Of a stretch of DNA of 32,711 nucleotides, positions 9,774 to 17,551 are shown piece after piece. This stretch comes from a virus (taxonomy: Duplodnaviria > Caudoviricetes), in the IMG/VR virus record IMGVR_UViG_3300037574_000160, positions 1-32,711 of that record. One strand, given 5' to 3'. The position numbers and the translations under genes were made by a program. The notes beneath the pieces are model-generated. The model did no database searches. It had not been told where the DNA came from and worked only from the letters and a program-made list of their open reading frames with translations. Every line of letters starts with the position of its first letter. Within the stretch, counting starts at the first letter, position 1.

Positions 9774-10050
9774 GGTAATCCTTAATAAATACTCTTTTCT
9801 TGTTCCGTTGTACCCACTTGCCACACCCCCTGAACTCACCCCGCTCGATGTGGGCCTTGAGTTGGGGGTGATCCTTCCAATGGGGGTCGTCGGCTATACC
9901 GGGCGAAGTGACCACAAAATCCCTCAGTCCTCCCGGCACCTCGTCATCCGGTTTAAGCTCATAAACCACCTTCCCGCCAAACTTGGCCATAATAGCCTCC
10001 TGAAGCTCGTTCTCCCCTTTAGGGGTGTCGACACCTTCTTCCATAATCAA
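9727..10050 (-). CDS. Hypothetical protein
   Basis: 107 aa with protein-like composition. Confidence 0.5.
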   Translation of the reverse strand: MIMEEGVDTPKGENELQEAIMAKFGGKVVYELKPDDEVPGGLRDFVVTSPGIADDPHWKDHPQLKAHIERGEFRGCGKWVQRNKKRVFIKDYHEYEFDEQLRCWKRK

Positions 10051-10288
10051 AAGCCCTACAGCACCCCTTTCTGTGGCCTTAATGGCTTGCTGGCACCTTT
10101 TATCTCCTCCAGCTTCTTACGCACCACCTTCAAAGCCTGAAAGTTGAAGTCTCGCTCGCATTCACCCTTGCAGGCTTCCCTCCGGCAATGCGAGTTGGTG
10201 CAAGTGCCCTCATTGTTATTATTATCAATTATATTCATAAGCATGGTCCACAGGTTACCGCAGCGGGACTCCCCCACCCAGAGGGGGA

Positions 10289-10334
10289 TGTCCAAGTATT
10301 TACCCCCCCTAAAGGGGGGGAAATACGTTGGACA
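10289..10334. other. Long GC-core inverted repeat (candidate replication-origin hairpin)
   Basis: TGTCCAA-GTATTT-A-C7-TAAA-G7-AAATAC-G-TTGGACA; second hairpin TCCCCC/GGGGGA at 10270-10288. Confidence 0.5.
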
Positions 10335-10499
10335 CCCAAGGCAACCTTGTGGCTGTCTTGGACAAAGCTCCCAAGCCCACCACCACTCGGTGGCAGGCAC
10401 CAACCAGACTGCGAATCGACTTGCAGGAGGTCTTATCATATCCACAGTCGTGTGCGGTTGGCTTGGGAAAAATTGTTTCGGCATCACATGCATTCAGGC

Positions 10500-10814
10500 T
10501 CAGTCAGGTTTAGCCAGAAAGTATTTATCCCGTGCAAAAGCCATGAACTCCTTCAGCTCCCTCTTCTCGGCTGTGCTGTTTTTTATGCGGTTCGACACTA
10601 TTTTGAAGGCGTAATAAATGGCAGTCCTGTCCATGCGCCAAAACCTGCCAAGGACGCTTGGGCTAATCCCCGCATCCATCGCCATCCATTGGCAGACATG
10701 CCGTGCCTTCGTTGTCGCTGAGTCTTCAGGTTGGCTTCTCAACCGGAGGTCGGGTGTTGCATAAAACTCTGCCGCTGCCTTGGCCAACTTCTCTAGCTTT
10801 CTTTTTCTTGTCAT
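10500..10814 (-). CDS. DnaA C-terminal (domain IV)-like HTH protein
   Basis: KARHVCQWMA...ISPSVLGRFWRMDRTAIYYAFKIV resembles the DnaA ARQIAMYL...SL..IG..F..RDHTTV.HA pattern. Confidence 0.65.
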   Translation of the reverse strand: MTRKRKLEKLAKAAAEFYATPDLRLRSQPEDSATTKARHVCQWMAMDAGISPSVLGRFWRMDRTAIYYAFKIVSNRIKNSTAEKRELKEFMAFARDKYFLAKPD

Positions 10815-10816
10815 AA

Positions 10817-11002
10817 TCACTTGCCGTTCCAGTACCGTGCCTGCCTCATCCAATCACCATCAAAGCCCTTGTTTGGCTTGGGGCCTTTGACCGGCTTGAT
10901 TGGACCGTCACCAATTGCCAACTCGTCCTTCCATAGTTGCCACAAATTATCGACATGCTCTTGCTCCCTCTTGCGCCAAATCTCCCAAGCTCGGTCCCTC
11001 AT
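10817..11002 (-). CDS. Hypothetical protein
   Basis: ATGA overlap with primase stop; 61 aa (MRDRAWEIW...). Confidence 0.55.
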   Translation of the reverse strand: MRDRAWEIWRKREQEHVDNLWQLWKDELAIGDGPIKPVKGPKPNKGFDGDWMRQARYWNGK

Positions 11003-12906
11003 AACTTGATGTATTTCTTGTCGGAGTTCCTGAATATCTTGTCCTGATCCGAGAGTGCCTTGCGATACTTGTAGTAGGTGCTTCGGGTGGTGCCGAAATT
11101 CTCCAGCGCAGCCTCCCTCCACTCCTGATCCGTGTACCCATCCCGTGGCAACATCAACAGCATGTCCCTCTCGGTGTAGCCCACTAGCGCATCCTTCTTC
11201 TGCCCCTTAAATTCGATCTCCAGCCCTTCCACCTTCCGCATGAGTGGGAAGTCCCAACGAACCACAAATGGCTCGACAGGGGCAAATGCTCGCAGCGTAG
11301 GCTCAATTATGAAGTGTTCAGGCTGGGAGTGTACATCCAAGCTGATGATGCAGTCAGGGTCCCGTGCAAACACTCCTGACCCACTCATCCTGTCGATGCT
11401 CGTCTTGGCAAACGCATCCCCCTTGGCATAGTGGTGACCAAAAGCCAGAGCAGCACCTGAGAGTTTACATATCTGCTCAAGCTCATTCATTATCCTCCCA
11501 ATCTCACCGGCAGCATTCTCATCCTTGTCGCCCAGCAGTTTATAAACTGGGTCAACAATGATCAGGTCATATTGCCGGTCCTCTACTGCCTCGGTGATCT
11601 GTGGACCAAGCAACTCGATGTCGCATGCGTATCCTCTCAGGTTCCACACATCCAAGCCGGTGATGTCGTTGACCTCCATCGCCTCCATGATCTTGCTGAT
11701 CCGGTCGTGTGCAACGAAGTCGGTAAGCTCGAAATTGATATACAACACCTTCCCTTTGGTGGTGCCGAAGCCCCACCACGGTCTGCCTGTAGCCACAGCA
11801 AGTGCCAAGTGGATCAGGGACCATGTCTTCCTGCCCTTGCTGCCACCACCCACCACCATCTTGCACCCCTTATGCAACACACCCTTGATGACCTGTGTCG
11901 GGGGCACCATCTCCAATGACGTAAAAGCCTGAGAGTTCATAATCGCAGGCAACGATGCCTTCAGGTTATCTCCCAATTTCTTCGCACCAGCAATGCACCC
12001 TGCAACATCACCCACCACGGCACCCTTCCTGAGCCAATCGTTGAGGTCCTCAAACTCATGGGGCGTGTCCACTACATGCACCACCTGAAACTCATCAACC
12101 AAACCATCGCACCACTTCTGTGCCGGTGTCTTACCACCACCGTCATCGGTCACATCATTTTGGGGCCACAAATATATCGCAACCTGCTTGCTGCTCTTGC
12201 CCAATAAAGTCTCAAGATAACCCCGTGCTTTTGATATGTTGCTGGCACCCCTTGTGATCAGCACCGAGGTGTCCTGCCCCACTAATTCCAACAACGAGAA
12301 TGCGTCGAACTGTGACTCAAAAACATGCACCACCGAGGTGTCCTGTTTGCCTATGAACCAAGGCAGTTGCCTGCCTCCTAGAATCCTAAACTTGGGGTGC
12401 TTGTTTGGGTTGCATACATGCACACCCTTCAACACATTCAGGGCAGTTATAATGGGGAAGCAGACCTGCCCCTGATAAAGCCCAACATGCCGGTGGCCAA
12501 TCAACCACCGACATGTGGACTCGTTGTAGCCTCGCCACTCAGCGAGGCTTCGTTCTAACCCAACATGAACTTCCGGTTCCAACCCAAAACAGGAACCGAA
12601 ATCCTCTTGTCTCTTGACAAATTTTTCTTCATCCATCGTCTTGCCACACATCTCACTCCACTTGGCCAAGGCTTGCTTAAAGTCCATGCCGTAGTGGTGC
12701 TGTAAAAAATCCAGTTCATCTCCCTTGTCAGCATTGCCGTGGTCTTTCCAGAAGTGTCGCCCGTTCAGTTCGTAAACAGAGAAGGACGGTTTCTTGTCGT
12801 GCCTCAACGGTGACCGTGACGACTTCTTTGCAGACTCTTCCAAGCCCAACGCTTCAAGCATCCTCGGCAGGGGCATGATTGCCCTCAGTTCATCCAAGTC
12901 CTTCAC
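10999..12906 (-). CDS. Primase-helicase (degenerate CHC2 finger, TOPRIM, AAA_25/RepA-like helicase)
   Basis: SPLRHDKKPSFSV/WKDHG N-domain; VFESQFDA, PQND and DLNDW TOPRIM motifs; Walker A GGSKGRKT; Walker B LIIVDP; HHYAKG. Confidence 0.88.
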   Translation of the reverse strand: MKDLDELRAIMPLPRMLEALGLEESAKKSSRSPLRHDKKPSFSVYELNGRHFWKDHGNADKGDELDFLQHHYGMDFKQALAKWSEMCGKTMDEEKFVKRQEDFGSCFGLEPEVHVGLERSLAEWRGYNESTCRWLIGHRHVGLYQGQVCFPIITALNVLKGVHVCNPNKHPKFRILGGRQLPWFIGKQDTSVVHVFESQFDAFSLLELVGQDTSVLITRGASNISKARGYLETLLGKSSKQVAIYLWPQNDVTDDGGGKTPAQKWCDGLVDEFQVVHVVDTPHEFEDLNDWLRKGAVVGDVAGCIAGAKKLGDNLKASLPAIMNSQAFTSLEMVPPTQVIKGVLHKGCKMVVGGGSKGRKTWSLIHLALAVATGRPWWGFGTTKGKVLYINFELTDFVAHDRISKIMEAMEVNDITGLDVWNLRGYACDIELLGPQITEAVEDRQYDLIIVDPVYKLLGDKDENAAGEIGRIMNELEQICKLSGAALAFGHHYAKGDAFAKTSIDRMSGSGVFARDPDCIISLDVHSQPEHFIIEPTLRAFAPVEPFVVRWDFPLMRKVEGLEIEFKGQKKDALVGYTERDMLLMLPRDGYTDQEWREAALENFGTTRSTYYKYRKALSDQDKIFRNSDKKYIKL

Positions 12907-13372
12907 GCTGCCTCAGTCCCGCTTCTAAAATTAATAATGCGTCTGCGTTCTTCAGCGTGATCGCAACTCCGGTTGGATACATGTCAATAGCGGCGAACTT
13001 CAGGAAACGCTTCCACTCTGGCTGCGTCATTCCCTTCTCACGCTTCAGGCCAAGTGTCTTCTGCCATGACTGAGGAGTGATGGGAACCACGTTGGTGCCC
13101 ACCGCAAGGCAGGCACCAACGATTGTTCCATAGTTCTCTCCCAGCACAAACGAAGTGTGGCCCGTGCTTGGCCTGCCGTGATAACCCTGCACCTTCTCGA
13201 TCCACAGCGTAAGTGGCTTGAGAAACTGGATGTAATCCACAATCAGTTTGGCACGTTGTTCACGGTCACCCTTGGGCATGTTGAACACCTTGACGGTGCC
13301 GCCGGTCTTGTAGCAAAAGCCACCACCAACACCGGCATCACATGCCATTTCTATACGCCGATTCGTTCCCAT
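12890..13372 (-). CDS. RuvC-like Holliday junction resolvase
   Basis: MACDAGVGGG, WIEKV, PQSWQK and NADALLI catalytic motifs. Confidence 0.8.
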   Translation of the reverse strand: MGTNRRIEMACDAGVGGGFCYKTGGTVKVFNMPKGDREQRAKLIVDYIQFLKPLTLWIEKVQGYHGRPSTGHTSFVLGENYGTIVGACLAVGTNVVPITPQSWQKTLGLKREKGMTQPEWKRFLKFAAIDMYPTGVAITLKNADALLILEAGLRQREGLG

Positions 13373-14052
13373 ATCTCGTCGGTCAATTCCAAGTCTCGCT
13401 CGCAATATTTCAGCGCAAGATCGGGGTTGTCTGCATACAGTTTGTCGAAGTGCTTGCCACCGTCCATGAGCTTGCCGCCAAGCCCCAACACCCTGCCTAA
13501 ATTACTCAGGCTAATCCTTGATGTTGGGTCTGGATTCCATGACAACATGGTGTCCCTGCAATGGGTGCCGTAGTTCACCCAACGGTGCCCCATTATCGAG
13601 GTGATGATGCCTGAAGGCATTGACAGGTCGTTAGCCATTGCCCGACCCCTGATGAAAGGCCAATCGAAGGCATGGCAATTGTGCCCCACCCACTTCTGGT
13701 TGGAGTGCTTGCGGACCATCTCAAAGAATGCCTTTAGCACATTCTTCTCGGACCCTTCCTTGTTCACATGGAACATGGTGTTGACTCCCTCCACACGAAC
13801 CCCGATGACAAGCACCCTCCCCGTAATCGGGGAGAGTGCTGCCTTGTCGAGCCATTCAGTTTTCTTCTTCTGAATGTAAGCGTCCTGCTTGGCCTCGTCC
13901 TTGATGGACTTGCTTGGCCTTATCTTTGGGCAGAACAACTCAACCTCATCATGCGGTGCAGCACCTGTCTCAATATCGAAAACAAAGTGCGTCCGCTTGA
14001 TGGGGTAGTCATCGTCGGGTCGGATGGTTGTTGACCGTTCAGAATGGGACAT
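13351..14052 (-). CDS. 3'-5' exonuclease (DEDDy, PolB-exonuclease-like)
   Basis: ExoI FDIET, ExoII GHNCHAFDWPFI, ExoIII YCERDL. Start taken as MSHSER. Confidence 0.82.
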   Translation of the reverse strand: MSHSERSTTIRPDDDYPIKRTHFVFDIETGAAPHDEVELFCPKIRPSKSIKDEAKQDAYIQKKKTEWLDKAALSPITGRVLVIGVRVEGVNTMFHVNKEGSEKNVLKAFFEMVRKHSNQKWVGHNCHAFDWPFIRGRAMANDLSMPSGIITSIMGHRWVNYGTHCRDTMLSWNPDPTSRISLSNLGRVLGLGGKLMDGGKHFDKLYADNPDLALKYCERDLELTDEIWERIGV

Positions 14053-14542
14053 CGTTGTCTTCATCCTGTTTCTTCTTCCGGTCTTCATCCTGTTTCTTCT
14101 TCCGGTCTTGCTGGCGAACGTACTCACCAGTCGGCTTGAAGCCATCACCCTCGGCTGGACCGGAGAGGTCCGTGTCAACGTAGGACTTCATCCCGTCATC
14201 GGTCTTGAACTGCTCAACATTCACCGTGATGGGTGACCCGATCAGTTCCTTCTCCAAGTCGAAGTCGCCTTCGGGGTTCTGCCGCAGCCAACGCTTGATG
14301 AACAAGCGCAACGCAGCCTTCTCATTATCCAACACTTTATGAAACGACCGGCGAATGGTCATGTTGTTTCCGTTGTCGCCCTTCTTATCCAACTCAAAGG
14401 TGAGCCTGATGACTCCCTTTGGTTTGCCGTCCACGGGATCGTTGGACTCGATGTCCACACAGACTCCCTGATATGTGCCGATTGGCACCTCTTCCCACTT
14501 GCTAGTGGGACCTGTTATTGTTGCGTTTAGCGTTAATGACAT
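14039..14542 (-). CDS. Putative single-stranded DNA-binding protein
   Basis: OB-like beta-rich body, acidic C-terminus ending DNDVPF, replication-module position, AAGGAAG RBS. Confidence 0.65.
   Translation of the reverse strand: MSLTLNATITGPTSKWEEVPIGTYQGVCVDIESNDPVDGKPKGVIRLTFELDKKGDNGNNMTIRRSFHKVLDNEKAALRLFIKRWLRQNPEGDFDLEKELIGSPITVNVEQFKTDDGMKSYVDTDLSGPAEGDGFKPTGEYVRQQDRKKKQDEDRKKKQDEDNDVPF
14057..14109. repeat. Perfect 24-bp tandem duplication
   Basis: GTCTTCATCCTGTTTCTTCTTCCG x2 plus GTCTT; encodes (RKKKQDED)x2. Confidence 0.95.
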
Positions 14543-14573
14543 ATATGTCTTCCTTTCTCTACCCCCTTCGGGG

Positions 14574-14587
14574 TGTAGTTAGCTAGT
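14574..14587 (-). promoter_or_regulatory. Start-associated motif ACTAGCTAACTACA, copy 1
   Basis: Exact 14-mer also at 16931, 18548 and 19946; here followed by a CCCC-GAA-GGGG hairpin, RBS and the SSB start. Confidence 0.8.
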
Positions 14588-14910
14588 TATGGTGTCGCCT
14601 GAGTAGTTACGGGCGGCACCTCTTTCTTCATCCCCTTCAAGTAATTCAGCACAGCACGGTAGGGGATTCGTACTGGACCCTGTTTCCCTGAAAGCAGCTT
14701 GACCTTGGTCAACCTTCCTTCAGCCAATAGCCGATCAACGGTCCGTGTTGAGGAGTTCAGTAGCTTCGCCACCTGCTTCTTCGTTACATGGTCCTGAACG
14801 GTAAATAATGGAGTCCCACCATTGCCCCAACACGGTGCAGGGGATGCAGGCTTTTTAGTGTCATTGTGTAGCGTCATGTCAGTTTCAAGGACAACGGTGG
14901 GGAAGCTCAT
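14587..14910 (-). CDS. Excisionase-like HTH protein
   Basis: VTKKQVAKLLNSSTRTVDRLLAEGRLTKVK...VRIP, an HTH_17 pattern. Confidence 0.78.
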   Translation of the reverse strand: MSFPTVVLETDMTLHNDTKKPASPAPCWGNGGTPLFTVQDHVTKKQVAKLLNSSTRTVDRLLAEGRLTKVKLLSGKQGPVRIPYRAVLNYLKGMKKEVPPVTTQATP

Positions 14911-14993
14911 AAGCCTGCGAACATGATCACCACAATCAGGACAAAGCCTGTGAGGAATGTCGCATGGAATGCGTCTATAGTTTTATCGTTCAT
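14907..14993 (-). CDS. Small membrane peptide (28 aa)
   Basis: MNDKTIDAFHATFLTGFVLIVVIMFAGL; overlaps both neighbours (ATGA overlap at 14907-14910). Confidence 0.4.
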   Translation of the reverse strand: MNDKTIDAFHATFLTGFVLIVVIMFAGL

Positions 14994-15177
14994 TGTTTTG
15001 TTTCTTGGTGTCTACACCTTGCGGCAAAAAATTGTTGGGGTCATAGGTGTCTACACCTTTACCCAAAAAAATCTTGCACACAGAGGTCATGGACCTCTCC
15101 TGCTCACGACACACCGTATCCAGCCGGTCCTTTAGGTCGGCTGGAATACGGATGCCTATGTACGGTCTGTCTATCAT
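14983..15177 (-). CDS. Arc/CopG-like ribbon-helix-helix repressor
   Basis: PYIGIRIPADLKDRLDTVCREQERSMTSVCKIFL: alternating beta strand, helix, RS turn, helix. ATG at 15177 overlaps the upstream stop. Confidence 0.8.
   Translation of the reverse strand: MIDRPYIGIRIPADLKDRLDTVCREQERSMTSVCKIFLGKGVDTYDPNNFLPQGVDTKKQNNER
15006..15058. promoter_or_regulatory. Two palindromic operator-like sites GGTGTCTACACC
   Basis: TGGTGTCTACACCT at 15006-15019 and AGGTGTCTACACCT at 15045-15058, each followed by an A-tract; same motif at 20215 and 10024. Confidence 0.7.
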
Positions 15178-15629
15178 AGTTGGTTTACTAGATCGGGAGC
15201 ATTGTCGGAAGCCCACTTTACCAGATTAGGATGCTCACCATCGAACACAATGCGAACGAACATGTCCATCCGTTTGGTGGTTGAGCTTTTTATAAAAAAC
15301 TCCCAACAACTGTCGCCCCGTGAAGGGCAACGAATTTCTAGGAACTTTGGGTCATCCTCCAGCAACGCCACGCCCAGATTGTGAGTGTGCCACAACCACG
15401 CCTCGTTACCAGACTCAAACCAGTACCGGCCCGAAGTGCCCTTACCAACGAGTGTGCAAGCAACCCACATTACAATGCAGCACAGCACGAACTGACCTTT
15501 CAGTCGTCGGACTCGACGGTTTGTGTCACCTGACTCACCGTAATGGTCCCTCCTGCGGGATGCCTGCGCTCCCCGCAGGCCGAGTTCGCCAAAGGGGGCC
15601 TTGCCTGTTGTATTAGTGTCTGTAGTCAT
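15174..15629 (-). CDS. Hypothetical protein with one hydrophobic segment
   Basis: 151 aa, FVLCCIVMWVACTLV; overlaps both neighbours by 4 nt. Confidence 0.5.
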   Translation of the reverse strand: MTTDTNTTGKAPFGELGLRGAQASRRRDHYGESGDTNRRVRRLKGQFVLCCIVMWVACTLVGKGTSGRYWFESGNEAWLWHTHNLGVALLEDDPKFLEIRCPSRGDSCWEFFIKSSTTKRMDMFVRIVFDGEHPNLVKWASDNAPDLVNQL

Positions 15630-15871
15630 TTGTTTTTTCTAATATTTTTTGTCAGTTTAGTGATGAACTCCTCAAAGGGAATCCCCTCTCTTTTAGCAAC
15701 GGCACGAAGCACATTAATATCGGACTCGAAAGACCAGACATCCAGCATCTCATCGAGGACCTCGGCAGGGGTTGTCTTCCTGCGCTTGGCTTCCTTGTAG
15801 AGTTTGCTTTTGTTCTTGTCCTTAACCCAACTGCTAATCTGCGCCTTGCCCTCTTTTCTTTGGTTGGGCAT
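15626..15871 (-). CDS. Putative ribbon-helix-helix DNA-binding protein
   Basis: KAQISSWVKDKNKSKLYKEAKRRKTTPAEVLDEML, an RHH-like pattern. Confidence 0.6.
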   Translation of the reverse strand: MPNQRKEGKAQISSWVKDKNKSKLYKEAKRRKTTPAEVLDEMLDVWSFESDINVLRAVAKREGIPFEEFITKLTKNIRKNK

Positions 15872-15954
15872 ATCAACTTTGCCTTTCGGCTGGGTTCATA
15901 AACGACCTGTGCGATTTGTCTTCTCATACTTTCCTCCTTCAAATCAAGTATTTA

Positions 15955-16710
15955 TTATTCCGCAAGAGAAATGTCTCCCAAGAGTTGGTCAACATTCAGT
16001 TCCTCGTCGAATACCCTGTGTAGCCGACCCGACCTGCCAACATGGGTGCTGATCTGCCCTGCACCCTTCATTGACTCTGTGAACGCATTGAACAGGGACC
16101 ATGCAGTCCTAGCCTCAAATGCCTCATAGCGTGGCTTGCGCCACTCCTCAAGGACCGTAGGGACCTTCCCTGCAAGCACGGCACCTACGTCAAGTGCCCT
16201 GATAATGAAGTGGTGGGCCTTGCGGTCAGGCATCTTGGTGCCCTGATATATCTCGACCCTCTTCTCCATGCGCTTCTTCTCCTCGGTGGTCTTCAGAAGA
16301 GTCTCCATAATCTTGCCGGTCAGGTCCCGCTCGATGTGCCGAGTGTGCTTGCGGTCGAACCGCATCATATCCCCGTAGAAGGAGAGGTTGTCACACACCG
16401 TAACGTCGATGCCCAACACCAGCCCAGCCGACAAGGACTTGTCGTGCGAGTTCCGCAACCCCAGCACAGGTGACCAATCGGTCACGGACGAGTGGAGTTT
16501 CATCAGGCCGAAGTACCGGCTACCAAACTTGTCGGTGCCGTGCTGTGCCTCGACAACATCCAACCCAAACTCAGGCATGACCTCCCTCACCATCGAGTAC
16601 AGTTCGTGGTGGGGGATGGGGTAGTGGGTGTCCGTTGCCTTGGGGCACGGCATCTGCACCAACTGCTCCCATGCGGTGTCCCTGCAACCGCAATGCAGCA
16701 TCAGGTTCAT
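15955..16710 (-). CDS. DUF932 family protein
   Basis: HYPIPH, LRNSHDKS, VTVCDNL, RKHT and TAWSLFNAFTE motifs. Confidence 0.85.
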   Translation of the reverse strand: MNLMLHCGCRDTAWEQLVQMPCPKATDTHYPIPHHELYSMVREVMPEFGLDVVEAQHGTDKFGSRYFGLMKLHSSVTDWSPVLGLRNSHDKSLSAGLVLGIDVTVCDNLSFYGDMMRFDRKHTRHIERDLTGKIMETLLKTTEEKKRMEKRVEIYQGTKMPDRKAHHFIIRALDVGAVLAGKVPTVLEEWRKPRYEAFEARTAWSLFNAFTESMKGAGQISTHVGRSGRLHRVFDEELNVDQLLGDISLAE

Positions 16711-16928
16711 AATGCCACCTCCGCTTTCCGGTTGGACGCTGACGGCACCTTGATGGGGTCCATCACCCCGTTGGGTAACTCTCGGTGGGACATGATGGAG
16801 ATGCCATCGCCCAACCCCTTGCTTGCCTTCTCACGAAGGTGACTGCGGTTCATTTCACGAACCTCTATCGCATCATGCTTATCCAAGCAGATGATCTCAA
16901 TATGATATGTTGTTCTGTCTTTTCTCAT
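16707..16928 (-). CDS. Hypothetical protein
   Basis: 73 aa; start directly follows the 14-nt motif; ATGA overlap with the DUF932 gene. Confidence 0.6.
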   Translation of the reverse strand: MRKDRTTYHIEIICLDKHDAIEVREMNRSHLREKASKGLGDGISIMSHRELPNGVMDPIKVPSASNRKAEVAL

Positions 16929-16930
16929 CT

Positions 16931-16955
16931 TGTAGTTAGCTAGTGCCCGAAGGCA
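16931..16955 (-). promoter_or_regulatory. UUCG hairpin plus start-associated motif, copy 2
   Basis: Minus strand TGCC-TTCG-GGCA overlapping ACTAGCTAACTACA, then AG and ATG. Confidence 0.75.
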
Positions 16956-16972
16956 GTTTATGTTTTAACACA

Positions 16973-17002
16973 TAGGGTGGGACATCTGCGGTCCCACACC
17001 TA
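16973..17002 (-). other. Stem-loop at the 3' end of the guide array
   Basis: Plus strand TAGG-GTGGGAC-atctgcg-GTCCCAC-a-CCTA: 11-bp stem with one bulge, 4 nt from the last array repeat. Confidence 0.6.
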
Positions 17003-17006
17003 AATT

Positions 17007-17547
17007 ATTTTCGTTCAAACGCAATGGTCCTCTCGTATGGCATGACTCGTTCAGGTGTAATGGTTCACTCATATCGCTTGACTCGTTCCTTATATTTGGT
17101 TCTCTCCGGGCGACTGACTCGTTCGTTTTTCCTGATCCTCTCACTCGTTTTGACTCGTTCGGCTCTGATGGTTCACTCGTATAGCTTGACTCGTTCCTCC
17201 GGTACGGTTCTCTCGGTTCACTTGACTCGCTCTGACTACATGGTTCCCTCAACATGCATGACTCGCTCAAAACTAATGGTCTTCTCTTAATCATTGGCTC
17301 GTTCAACAAACGTGGCGCACTCAATAGGCAAGGCTCGTTCAAAAGGATTGATTCTCTCTTTCTCAATGACTCGTTCTCTACACTTGGTTCACTCGCTCTG
17401 CATGACTCGTTCGATCTACGTGGTTCTCTCACGTGGTATGACTCGTTCAGCCACCAAGGGTACTCTCTTCGTCTTTGACTCGTTCGCATTTACTGGTTCC
17501 CTCTCTTCTAATGACTCACTCACATCCATCGGTTCTCTCAACTAGTT
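17007..17547 (-). ncRNA. TIGR-like tandem interspaced guide RNA array, about 15 units of 36 nt
   Basis: Plus strand TGACTCGTTC (or close variant) at 17043, 17079, 17115, 17151, 17187, 17223, 17259, 17295, 17331, 17367, 17403, 17439, 17476 and 17512, alternating with TGGTTC(A/T/C)CTC 18 bp away, separated by non-repeating 8-bp spacers. Begins right after the stop of the Nop/IS110-like gene. Confidence 0.9.
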
Positions 17548-17551
17548 TGGT

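Noticed and set aside
10056-10721. Overlapping 145-177 aa ORFs on both strands
   Set aside because: They cross the hairpin region and have unnatural C/W/P-rich composition; at most about 10056-10245 on minus may be coding.
16965-17545. Repeat-protein CDS (174 aa minus, and the 74-88 aa plus ORFs)
   Set aside because: By-product of the 36-bp period. Conservation is at nucleotide level, a 1-nt insertion breaks the register, and there is no RBS.
17007-17547. CRISPR array
   Set aside because: Repeats are 10 bp, of two alternating types, with 8-bp spacers; no cas genes are present.
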